From an uncultured Clostridia bacterium (GTDB taxonomy: Bacteria > Bacillota > Clostridia > Christensenellales > CAG-314), in contig CANQJK010000001.1 in assembly GCA_947624235.1 (NCBI GenBank), positions 4,153-68,152 on the forward strand: a stretch of 64,000 nt of DNA, in the 5' to 3' direction. Below the pieces are notes generated by a model. That model did no database searches, was not told where the DNA came from, and was given only the letters and a program-made list of their open reading frames with translations. The translations under genes and the position numbers were made by a program. Of the stretch, positions 56,364 to 64,000 are shown piece after piece (position 1 is the stretch's first letter; the number at the start of each line of letters is the position of its first letter).

Positions 56364-56415
56364 ACAGTAGTTCGAGCGAAGTCTACGCCTTACGTTCCAC
56401 TGGGTTCGGAAAGTT

Positions 56416-58899
56416 CTATTCGCGCGACGCTTCTGTGCAGTAGCGGACGACGCGGATGATGGGGATACCGCCACGGTGGTCCTTGGGGGCGCGACCTTTG
56501 TGGTTTTTGTTTTCGACGCTGACTTCGGCGCTATCCACAACGTAGGTGGACGCCGCGTCGTACAGCGCCAACTTGCAATGCACGCCGTTGATGTAGGTGG
56601 CAAACGCAACGCAACTTCCGTTGTTGCCGAATTCGATGCCCTTTGCGCCCTTGCAATTACGCGCATGGCGGGCAATTTCCTTGACGGACAGGCGTTTCAT
56701 AAAGCCCTTGTTGGTCACAAGCAACACTTCGCCCTTGTCCTTTGCCACTTGTCCGGCAAACACGACGTACTCGTCCGTTTCCAGATTGATACAGTGCACA
56801 CCGCCTGCCACACGTCCCTGCAATGGGATCTCATTTACGTCAAAGCGAGTGCACCCGCCTCGGTCGGTGACGTAGAAGATATCCGAATCGGGTTTGAGCA
56901 CTTCCACCTTGAAGATCTCGTCTCCCTCTTTGCCTTTGTAGCCCTGAAACACCGATTTGAGCAGTTGATATTCGCTCCAAGCAGAGCGTTTGATAAGTCC
57001 CTGGCGGGTGTAAAACAGCAATTCTCCGCCGACGTCTGTGTTATTTTGAGCGAACACAGCCACGGGCAACTCGCCCATTTGCGCCTCGGGGAATATCTGC
57101 GTCAAAGTGACGCCTGCGTCGCGATAGCGAATTTCCGGCAGATCGCCCGCCTTTATCCTGAAACAGTTGCCCAAATTGCTGAAAAACATCACGTTGACGT
57201 CCGTTTGCGTTTCCACTGCGCGCGTCAACAGTTCGGCGTAGGTAGAACCGATAGCGTCCTTGGTGCTCATGTTGAAGTTTTTGGAGGGGATACGCTTGAT
57301 AGTATAGTCTACGGCGACGCCCACCACCACCGTTTCGACGGGTTTTTCGTCCGTTTCGCTGGGGATGACGGCGTCCGCTTCCGTTTTGCAAATTTCCGAA
57401 AGGCGGGGAGTTTTGTACAGCCGTTTCAACGCCAACATTTCCGTTTTGATAAGCTCCATTTGCTCCCGTTTGCTGTTGATGATGATGTTCAAGCGGGCTA
57501 TCTGGTGCTCCAATTCCTGCAATTCGTTTACCAATTTGTTAACTTCCAATTTGGTTATGCGCGCAAGACGCAGGTCCAAAATGGCTTGTGCCTGACGTTC
57601 GGAAAGGTCGAACCTATCCCGCAATTTGTTGCGCGCGTCCGAAGTTGAGGAGGCGTTTTTGATTATCTGTATCACCTCGTCGATATTTTGCACGGCAATG
57701 ACAAGTCCTTGCAAAATGTGTTCGCGTTCCTTTGCCTCTTCCAATTCGAACTTGCTTCGGCGCAGAATCACGTCCCGTTGATAGCTGACGTAGTAGGCGA
57801 TAATATCCAGCAAACCCATAAGTTGAGGCTTGCCGTCGGCTATTGCCACCATGTTTATGCCGTAGGACATCTCCAATTGCGAATACTTGAACAGGTTTTT
57901 TATCACCGAGTTGGGATCGCAGTCCTTGCGCAGTTTGATGACCGCGCGCAGACCTTCCTTGTCGCTTTCGTCCACTATCTCGGCTATGCCCTGAAACATA
58001 TCCTTCTTTTCGTCCTTCAAAGCGGCGATCTTTATCAGCATGTCCGATTTGTTTATGCCGTAGGGTATCTCGGTGATGACGATGTTGCGCCTGTCTCCGG
58101 GAGCCACCTCTATGTGCATTTTGGCGCGGACGGTGATCTTGCCTTTGCCCGTGTCGTACGCCTGCAACAAGCCATCACCGGGGATGATGTATCCGCCCGT
58201 GGGGAAGTCCGGTCCCTTGATAATCTTCATCATGTTGGCAAGGGATATCCTTGGGTTGTCGATAAATGCCACTGTGCCGTCGATGACCTCGGCAAAGTTG
58301 TGGGGAGGTATGTTTGTGGCAAGCCCCACCGCTATGCCCGTTGCGCCGTTTACCAACAGGTTGGGAAAGCGCCCGGGGAGCATGTCCGGTTCCTTGGTGG
58401 TGTCGTCGAAGTTGCGCGACCAACGAACGGTGTCCTTTTCGATATCCCTCAGCAGTTCCAACGCGCAGGGGGAAAGTTTCGCCTCGGTGTAGCGCATTGC
58501 GGCCGCACTGTCGCCGTCGATGTTGCCGAAGTTGCCCTGTCCGATGATAAGGGGCACGTTCATGGCAAAGGGTTGCGCCATACGCACCATTGCGTCGTAT
58601 ATCGAACTGTCGCCGTGTGGGTGATAACGTCCCATGCAGTCGCCCACTATACGCGCCGATTTGCGCGTGGGCTTGTCGGGAGTGTTGCCCTGTTCGTACA
58701 TGGAGTACAATATGCGACGTTGCACGGGCTTTAAGCCGTCCTCTACGCGGGGCAACGCCCTATCCAAAATGACGTGCTCGGCGTACGGCATCATAGATTC
58801 GTGCATCACCACTTCCATGGGCTTGGTGAGCAGGTTGGAGCCGTCCTCCATTTTGACTATGTCGCTGTTTTCCAGATCGAAAATATCCATTTGCTTCAT
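56416..58899 (-). CDS. type IIA DNA topoisomerase subunit A (GyrA/ParC family; no GyrA box seen, so possibly topoisomerase IV ParC-like)
   Basis: 827 aa. [27 protein letters not shown], and catalytic [11 protein letters not shown]. No QRRGGKG-type GyrA box in the C-terminal beta-pinwheel region. Confidence 0.9.
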   Translation of the reverse strand: MKQMDIFDLENSDIVKMEDGSNLLTKPMEVVMHESMMPYAEHVILDRALPRVEDGLKPVQRRILYSMYEQGNTPDKPTRKSARIVGDCMGRYHPHGDSSIYDAMVRMAQPFAMNVPLIIGQGNFGNIDGDSAAAMRYTEAKLSPCALELLRDIEKDTVRWSRNFDDTTKEPDMLPGRFPNLLVNGATGIAVGLATNIPPHNFAEVIDGTVAFIDNPRISLANMMKIIKGPDFPTGGYIIPGDGLLQAYDTGKGKITVRAKMHIEVAPGDRRNIVITEIPYGINKSDMLIKIAALKDEKKDMFQGIAEIVDESDKEGLRAVIKLRKDCDPNSVIKNLFKYSQLEMSYGINMVAIADGKPQLMGLLDIIAYYVSYQRDVILRRSKFELEEAKEREHILQGLVIAVQNIDEVIQIIKNASSTSDARNKLRDRFDLSERQAQAILDLRLARITKLEVNKLVNELQELEHQIARLNIIINSKREQMELIKTEMLALKRLYKTPRLSEICKTEADAVIPSETDEKPVETVVVGVAVDYTIKRIPSKNFNMSTKDAIGSTYAELLTRAVETQTDVNVMFFSNLGNCFRIKAGDLPEIRYRDAGVTLTQIFPEAQMGELPVAVFAQNNTDVGGELLFYTRQGLIKRSAWSEYQLLKSVFQGYKGKEGDEIFKVEVLKPDSDIFYVTDRGGCTRFDVNEIPLQGRVAGGVHCINLETDEYVVFAGQVAKDKGEVLLVTNKGFMKRLSVKEIARHARNCKGAKGIEFGNNGSCVAFATYINGVHCKLALYDAASTYVVDSAEVSVENKNHKGRAPKDHRGGIPIIRVVRYCTEASRE

Positions 58900-58911
58900 T
58901 TGTGCACCTCG

Positions 58912-60873
58912 CTATACCAGTTTGTTGAACAGGGCGTCGTTGTCCTTGTTGAAATCGGCGTTTTCGGTGATGTACGCCTTGCGTGCGTCTATCTGATCGC
59001 CCATAAGAGTGGTCACCATGCGTTCCGCCTCGGAGATGTTTTCTATCGTCACGCGCATGAGGGTGCGCGTTTCGGGGTTCATGGTTGTCTCCCACAGTTG
59101 CTCGGCGTTCATCTCGCCCAAGCCCTTGTACCGTTGCAGATCGTATCCGCGACCGAACTCCTGCACTATCTCCTGCAACTCGTAGTCGTCGTAGGCGTAG
59201 CGCACCTTGTCCTTTTTGGAAATTTTGTACAGGGGTGGCATGCCAATGTACACATGCCCGTCGGTGATGAGCTCTCGCATGTAGCGGAAGAAGAATGTGA
59301 GCAATATCGCCCTGATGTGCGCGCCGTCTTGGTCGGCGTCGGACAAAATGATTATCTTGTCGTATTTGAGGTCGTCTATGTTGAAGTCCTCTTCGCCAAT
59401 GCCCGTGTCGAGGGCGTTTATCAAAGAGCGTATCTCCTCGTTGGCAAGCACCTGATCTATGCGCTTGCGCTCGGCGTTCAACGGCTTTCCGCGCAGGGGA
59501 AGTATCGCCTGAAACCGACGGTTGCGCGCCTGCTTTGCCGATCCGCCCGCGCTGTCGCCTTCTACGATGAACAACTCGTTCTTTTTGACGTCCCGTCCCG
59601 TGCAACTTGCCAACTTGCCCACAAGGGTGCTGTTGAATATGGAGTTCTTTTGACGGGTGACTTCCTTTGCCTTGCGCGCCGCTTCGCGTACCTTTGCAGA
59701 GGCAATGGACTTTTTGATTATCGTCTCGGCGTCCCCCGCGTTTTTGGCAAGAAGTTCGGTAAACGCCTCCGTCGCCAACGCCTCACAGGCGATTTTTGCC
59801 TCGACGTTGCCCAACTTGGTTTTGGTTTGCCCTTCAAATTGCACGTTCGCCATCTTGACCGACATCACAAGCGTTATGCCCTCGCGGAAGTCCTCGCCCA
59901 ACAAGTTGTCGTCCTTGGCTTTGAGAAAGCCTTTGGCGCGAGCGTAGTCGTTCATCACCTTGGTCATTGCCGATTTCAAGCCCGTTTCGTGCATGCCACC
60001 CTCTCCCGTGGGTATGTTGTTGACGTAGGAGATGAGGTTTTCGGTGTAGTTTGTGGTGTATTGAAAGGCAAATTCCAACTGCAAAGTTTCGTTGGAGCCC
60101 GACCAGTAAAACGGTTTGAGGTGCAAAGGCGCCTTGTTTTCGTTGAGGTACAGCACAAAGTCTTTCAACCCGCCCGTGTAGCAAAAAGTTTCGCTCTTGA
60201 CGTTGCCGTCGTCGTCCTCTCCGCGCTCGTCCGTCAACACAAAGGTGATGCCCTTGTTGAGGAAGGCAAGCTCCTTGACGCGCTTGTGTATCACCTCGTA
60301 GTCCATCTGAATGTTTTTGAACACCCTGCTGTCGGCAAGGAAGGATATCGTGGAACCGTGCTTGTCCGTTTTGCCCACCTTGGTGAGATGATCCTTGGGC
60401 ACGCCCGAAAGCACCTTGCCGTCCTCGCGCTCGGGGCTGTGGAAGTGCTGTACATACTCGAAGCCTTCCCTGCACACCGTGACGGTGAGCCATTCCGAAA
60501 GCGCATTGGTGACGCTGGCGCCCACGCCGTGCAGACCTCCGCTGAACGCGTAGTTTTCGTGATTGAACTTTCCGCCTGCGTGCAGTTGCGTAAACACCAC
60601 CTCTACGCCGGAAATTTTGAGTTGGGGGTGCTCGTCTACGGGTATTCCGCGCCCGTTGTCGCTTACCGTGACGCTACCGTCCTTGTGAAGAGTGATCTCC
60701 ACCTTGTCGGCATAGCCGTTTGTGGCTTCGTCCACGGCGTTGTCCACTATCTCCCACAATAGGTGATGCAACCCCGTGCGCCCCGTCGTCCCGATGTACA
60801 TGCCCGGACGCATACGCACCGCGTCCAAACCTTCCAGTACCTGAATATCTTTTGCCTCGTATGTCGTGCTCAC
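58912..60873 (-). CDS. type IIA DNA topoisomerase subunit B (GyrB/ParE family; several ParE-like signatures)
   Basis: True start is GTG 60873 (GGAGG 7 nt upstream), giving MSTTYEAKDIQVLEGLDAVRMRPGMYIG. GHKL ATPase, TOPRIM EGDSAGG, and PLRGK. NALSEWL and TTMNPETRTL resemble Bacillus ParE more than GyrB. The 874-aa track ORF is an artefact. Confidence 0.9.
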   Translation of the reverse strand: MSTTYEAKDIQVLEGLDAVRMRPGMYIGTTGRTGLHHLLWEIVDNAVDEATNGYADKVEITLHKDGSVTVSDNGRGIPVDEHPQLKISGVEVVFTQLHAGGKFNHENYAFSGGLHGVGASVTNALSEWLTVTVCREGFEYVQHFHSPEREDGKVLSGVPKDHLTKVGKTDKHGSTISFLADSRVFKNIQMDYEVIHKRVKELAFLNKGITFVLTDERGEDDDGNVKSETFCYTGGLKDFVLYLNENKAPLHLKPFYWSGSNETLQLEFAFQYTTNYTENLISYVNNIPTGEGGMHETGLKSAMTKVMNDYARAKGFLKAKDDNLLGEDFREGITLVMSVKMANVQFEGQTKTKLGNVEAKIACEALATEAFTELLAKNAGDAETIIKKSIASAKVREAARKAKEVTRQKNSIFNSTLVGKLASCTGRDVKKNELFIVEGDSAGGSAKQARNRRFQAILPLRGKPLNAERKRIDQVLANEEIRSLINALDTGIGEEDFNIDDLKYDKIIILSDADQDGAHIRAILLTFFFRYMRELITDGHVYIGMPPLYKISKKDKVRYAYDDYELQEIVQEFGRGYDLQRYKGLGEMNAEQLWETTMNPETRTLMRVTIENISEAERMVTTLMGDQIDARKAYITENADFNKDNDALFNKLV

Positions 60874-60885
60874 TTGTTTACCTCC

Positions 60886-60960
60886 GATGAGTTTGTCTTG
60901 TGAATTTTTTGAATAAGTTTGTCTTGTGATTTTTTGAATGAGTTTGTTTTGTGAATTTTG
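60886..60960. repeat. three tandem 25-nt repeats ending about 6 nt upstream of the B-subunit ribosome-binding site
   Basis: Plus strand GATGAGTTTGTCTTGTGAATTTTTT / GAATAAGTTTGTCTTGTGATTTTTT / GAATGAGTTTGTTTTGTGAATTTTG. The minus-strand unit reads AAAAAATCACAAGACAAACTYATYC. Confidence 0.9.
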
Positions 60961-61660
60961 TTTGTTGCGTTCCCGTAAACGCGCGGAGATGTGGCTTGCC
61001 CGTATAAGCGCAGGGACGTTGTGCGTTTTCCGCACTGCCCTACATGTGCCCGAAAAGCCTGTTGCATAGAAAGAACCGCTTTCAACCGCTTGCAAGGGGC
61101 TACCGAACGACCAAAACAATGTCGCCTTGCCTACTTCCATTGCGCGGGAACGTTGTGCGTAAATCTGATGTACGCACCCGCAAAATAGACGGTTAAGAAC
61201 AAAGACAAATTTGCCTTGTGTTTTTGTCTGATGCCACCCCGTATGCGCTCGGTTGTATAGCCCGCTTTCCGTAAACGCGGGAAAGGTTGTCGCATAGAAA
61301 GAACCGCTTTCGACCGCTTGCAAGGGGCTACCGATCGAACAAAACGATGTCGCCCTGCCCACTCTTTGCGCGGGGACGTTGTACGTTTTCTCGTAGATCT
61401 GATGTACGCACCCGCAAAATAGAGGGTTGAGAACAAAGACAAATTTGCCTTGTGTTTCTGTCTGATGCCACCCCGTATGCGCGCGGTTGCATATTCTGCT
61501 TTCCCGTAATGGGCGAAAGGTCGCACCCCACCCCAAAGGGCGTTGAACTTATACCCGTTTGCATTGTGCGTTTTCCCCACTGCCCTGCATGTGCCCGAAA
61601 AGCCTGTTGCATAGAAAACATTGCCTTTTCAACGCTTGCAAACCGCACTTTGTCGGCGCG
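60961..61660. repeat. nested/tandem repeat region of unknown function (two units of roughly 226-235 bp plus partial copies)
   Basis: Unit 1 (61061..61286) and unit 2 (61286..61520) are collinear and closely similar. A 55-nt module GACGTTGTGCGTTTTCCGCACTGCCCTACATGTGCCCGAAAAGCCTGTTGCATAGA recurs at 61013 and 61562. The hairpin module CTTTCC-N9-GGAAAG recurs 2-3 times. Confidence 0.85.
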
Positions 61661-61720
61661 GGGGATATGCTTTATACAGCAAACAGACCTATGCGCCGAG
61701 GAGAAAATTCACTATATAAA

Positions 61721-61749
61721 ATTATATCATGTATAGATATTTATTGCAA
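61721..61749 (-). promoter_or_regulatory. consensus sigma-A promoter firing toward the repeat region and the topoisomerase genes
   Basis: Minus strand TTGCAA (61749..61744), exactly 17 nt, TATAAT (61726..61721). Confidence 0.65.
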
Positions 61750-61819
61750 GAGATATTTTTATATTTATTCATACAATTTTGCGCAATTTGAGGGACAAAT
61801 TTGTTGATACAGAATAACT

Positions 61820-61874
61820 TGCATAATTATTTACATTTGTGCATATTTATACACACAGTATGCATATTTATGCA
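61820..61874. promoter_or_regulatory. three phased TGCATA-N2-TATGCA-type palindromes (candidate operator array)
   Basis: TGCATAATTATTTACA (61820), TGCATATTTATACA (61840), and the perfect palindrome TGCATATTTATGCA (61861). Spacing is 20 and 21 bp, and they lie 70-125 bp upstream of the -35 at 61749. Confidence 0.5.
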
Positions 61875-61976
61875 CGGAAAAACACCAACGCACCGCTCAT
61901 AACTAATAAACGCAAGGAAAAACAGCGCAAAAAATAAAACAGCAAATGGTAAAAGCAAAACCGCCGAGATATTTAT

Positions 61977-62019
61977 GCAAAAGGGCGACCGATCGCTCGA
62001 TTTGGAGCATCGGTCACCC
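61977..62019 (-). terminator. intrinsic terminator after the hydrolase gene
   Basis: Minus strand GGGTGACCGAT-loop-ATCGGTCGCCC followed by TTTTGCATAAAT. Confidence 0.75.
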
Positions 62020-62055
62020 AAGATTGACGAACAAAATTTTGCTTGGTCGGTGGCT

Positions 62056-63027
62056 CTACCGCCTATGAAAGAGTCCGCGCTTTTTGGGTGGGGCGACAAC
62101 TTCTTCGGTGTGTTCTTCTGCCTTTTCGGGGACGTATTTGTTGAGCCAATCGAGCACGTCGTTGTACACCTGCTCTTTGCATTGTTCGTTGAGTATCTCG
62201 TGGCGCGCGCCTTCGTACAGGTGCATGGTCAAGTCGGAAACGCCCACTTTTTTTTCGTAGAACGCTTCAAGTTTTTTAACCCCATTGCCGTAATTTCCAA
62301 CGGGATCGTCCCCTCCCGAGATGAGCAAAATGGGCGTTTCGGTGTTGATCTGCGAGTAGTTTTCCTTGCTGTACAGGTGAGAAATTCCCTCCATAAAGGA
62401 GCGGTAAAAGTTGGCGGAACAGGTGAATCCGCACATCTCGTCGTCGTTGTACTTGGCAACTTCGCTTTCGTCGCGGTTGAGCCAGGCGTTTTTGCCGTGG
62501 AACTTCTTTTCGTACGTTTTGAAGGACAAGTTTACGATAAGTTCCGCAGGGTGCCGACCGCCTTTGTGACGGCACATAGAACGCGCTATCACACCGCACA
62601 GGGTGAAACTTGCCCCCTTGATGTAGTTGGAACCGCACACGATGTACCCGTTGACGTCGGGGTGTTGCTCGATAACGGCTTGCGTGATGAAGCTTCCGTA
62701 ACTGTGCCCCATCATGAACAGAGGCAGATCGTACTGCTTGCGACAGTAGTCCAACAGGGCAAGCTGATCGCCCACGTTGTTGCCCCACATATCCCCCGCC
62801 TCGTAGCCGAGACTGTCTTGTTCGGCGGTGAGACCGTGTCCGCGATGATCGTTCATCACCACATAAAACCCGTGCGCATTGAGAAAACGCGCAAAATCGT
62901 CGTAGCGCGCCGAGTGCTCCGCCATGCCGTGGGCAATTTTTACAACTCCGCGAGGTTTTTTGACGTCGTCCCAAACGTAAAGAGCGACTTCCTTGCCGTC
63001 GTGCGATACAAAACGCGATTGCTTCAT
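62056..63027 (-). CDS. alpha/beta hydrolase (lysophospholipase / monoacylglycerol lipase-like)
   Basis: 323 aa. HGMAEHSARY oxyanion region, nucleophile elbow GHSYG, and a C-terminal charged tail. Confidence 0.85.
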   Translation of the reverse strand: MKQSRFVSHDGKEVALYVWDDVKKPRGVVKIAHGMAEHSARYDDFARFLNAHGFYVVMNDHRGHGLTAEQDSLGYEAGDMWGNNVGDQLALLDYCRKQYDLPLFMMGHSYGSFITQAVIEQHPDVNGYIVCGSNYIKGASFTLCGVIARSMCRHKGGRHPAELIVNLSFKTYEKKFHGKNAWLNRDESEVAKYNDDEMCGFTCSANFYRSFMEGISHLYSKENYSQINTETPILLISGGDDPVGNYGNGVKKLEAFYEKKVGVSDLTMHLYEGARHEILNEQCKEQVYNDVLDWLNKYVPEKAEEHTEEVVAPPKKRGLFHRR

Positions 63028-63149
63028 AATTACCTCCTTGCTTACCTTTTATTGTACGCCGATTTTATGAAAAAGTCAATACACTCACTCGCCGAAACAC
63101 ATGTCGGTGGGCAAATATATTTATCGGCGGGTTTGCATACACTATCACT

Positions 63150-64000
63150 ATGAAAATCGTATTTAGCGGGGGCGGAACGGCAGGTCACGTTATGCCCAAC
63201 TTGGCTTTGATAGACAAATTGCAAGCGCACACGGTGTACTACATCGGCACCGACGGAATGGAAAAGGGACTTGTGGCGCCCCTCGTCGCGGACAAACGCG
63301 TGACGTATCTGCAAATATCCGCAAGCAAACTGCAACGCAAGGCGACTTTGGGCAATTTGCTGTTGCCCTTTCGCCTCATCAAAAGCGTGCGTGAAGCCAA
63401 AAGGCATTTGCGCAAAATTCAGCCCGACGTGATATTCAGCAAAGGCGGATATGTGGGCTTGCCCACCGTGATCGCAGGCAGACTGCTCCACATCCCCACC
63501 GTGATACACGAAAGCGACATGTCCGCAGGGCTTGCCAACAGGATATCGGCAAAATTCGCCGACGTGTACCTATCGGCTTTTCCCTGCGACAAGCGCGCAA
63601 AGACGGTGGGCGTGATAGTGAGGGAAGTGTGGAAGGGGGACAAAGACGCGGGACTTGCCACAATGGGTTTTGACGGCTCCAAGCCGATATTGTTGGTGAC
63701 GGGCGGAAGTCTGGGCGCAAAAGTCCTAAACGACGCTGTGACAAACTGTCCGAATTTGGCAAAGACATTCGACATATTTGTGATAACGGGCAAGGGCAAA
63801 CGCATACACTGCCCCTTTGTGCACCAAGCGGAATTTGCCAACAACATGTGCGATCTGTTCAAGGCGTGCGACGTGTGCCTAACTCGGGCGGGAGCAAATA
63901 TCCTTGCGGAACTCACCCTTGCCCAAGTGCCCTTTGTAGCCGTGCCCCTCACCAAGCAATCGCGGGGAGAGCAAGTGGCAAACGCGCGCTACTTTGCCCA
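63150..64000 (+). CDS. murG: undecaprenyldiphospho-muramoylpentapeptide beta-N-acetylglucosaminyltransferase MurG (5' part; runs off window end)
   Basis: Not in ORF track because truncated. ATG 63150 opens MKIVFSGGGTAGHVMPNLALIDKL...IHESDMSAGLANR...LVTGGSLGA...LTRAGANILAEL, the MurG signature motifs. Confidence 0.9.
   Translation, partial: MKIVFSGGGTAGHVMPNLALIDKLQAHTVYYIGTDGMEKGLVAPLVADKRVTYLQISASKLQRKATLGNLLLPFRLIKSVREAKRHLRKIQPDVIFSKGGYVGLPTVIAGRLLHIPTVIHESDMSAGLANRISAKFADVYLSAFPCDKRAKTVGVIVREVWKGDKDAGLATMGFDGSKPILLVTGGSLGAKVLNDAVTNCPNLAKTFDIFVITGKGKRIHCPFVHQAEFANNMCDLFKACDVCLTRAGANILAELTLAQVPFVAVPLTKQSRGEQVANARYFA

Noticed and set aside
58912-61536. An 874-aa ORF suggesting a 220-aa N-terminal extension of the topoisomerase B subunit.
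   Set aside because: Homology to GyrB/ParE begins exactly at GTG 60873, which has GGAGG 7 nt upstream. The upstream 'peptide' is generated by DNA repeats (duplicated NRAHTGWHQT..VHQIY blocks). All three frames are open there, so the open frame reflects composition, not coding.
60874-62055. Chromosomal origin (oriC) upstream of a gyrB-like gene.
   Set aside because: No dnaA, dnaN or recF. No TTATCCACA/TGTGGATAA boxes apart from isolated 1-2 mismatch look-alikes (for example TTATACACA at 61847). The repeats do not resemble DnaA-box clusters.

Overview
The window looks like Firmicutes (Clostridia-like, spore-former) core chromosome, with almost every gene on the minus strand. All calls rest on motif reading by eye. 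No searches, alignments or folding were run.

Recognisable blocks, in order:
- ruvC (cut by the window edge), yebC, an RNA methyltransferase, then infC-rpmI-rplT with an L20-type leader.
- T-box-controlled thrS and ytxC, then acpP.
- A two-glycosyltransferase plus flippase-like membrane module.
- ISL3-family insertion-sequence debris.
- A long cell-division and cell-wall (dcw) cluster: mraZ-rsmH-ftsL-PBP-murE-mraY-murD-ftsW-murA-ftsQ-ftsA-ftsZ, with asnS appended after ftsZ.
- spo0A, and M-box-controlled mgtE.
- A SpoVK-like AAA+ gene next to a BclA-like collagen gene.
- A CadC/CadA metal efflux operon and a heterodimeric ABC exporter.
- recO-yqzL-era-ybeY-pgpH-phoH-yqfD-yqfC.
- copA-csoR, a thioesterase and an aldo-keto reductase.
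- A solitary PvuII/Bsp6I-like nuclease.
- A type IIA topoisomerase B/A gene pair, a lipase-like hydrolase, and murG (cut by the window edge).

The ORF track misses ruvC, murG and a 44-aa yqzL-like gene.

Most interesting unexplained signals:
1. About 0.85 kb of nested repeats lies between a consensus promoter and the topoisomerase B-subunit gene. It includes three 25-nt tandem repeats that end about 6 nt upstream of the ribosome-binding site, and phased palindromes lie upstream of the promoter.
2. A restriction-endonuclease-like gene has no methyltransferase anywhere in the window. It is flanked by a broken tRNA-Leu-like fragment.
3. The Spo0A receiver domain lacks the acidic pocket and has Glu at the phospho-acceptor position.
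4. Candidate spore-surface genes: the Cys-rich-capped collagen protein with the AAA+ ATPase, a 215-aa beta-rich Cys protein, and a 12-Cys 81-aa ORF.

I found no canonical multi-gene defence system.
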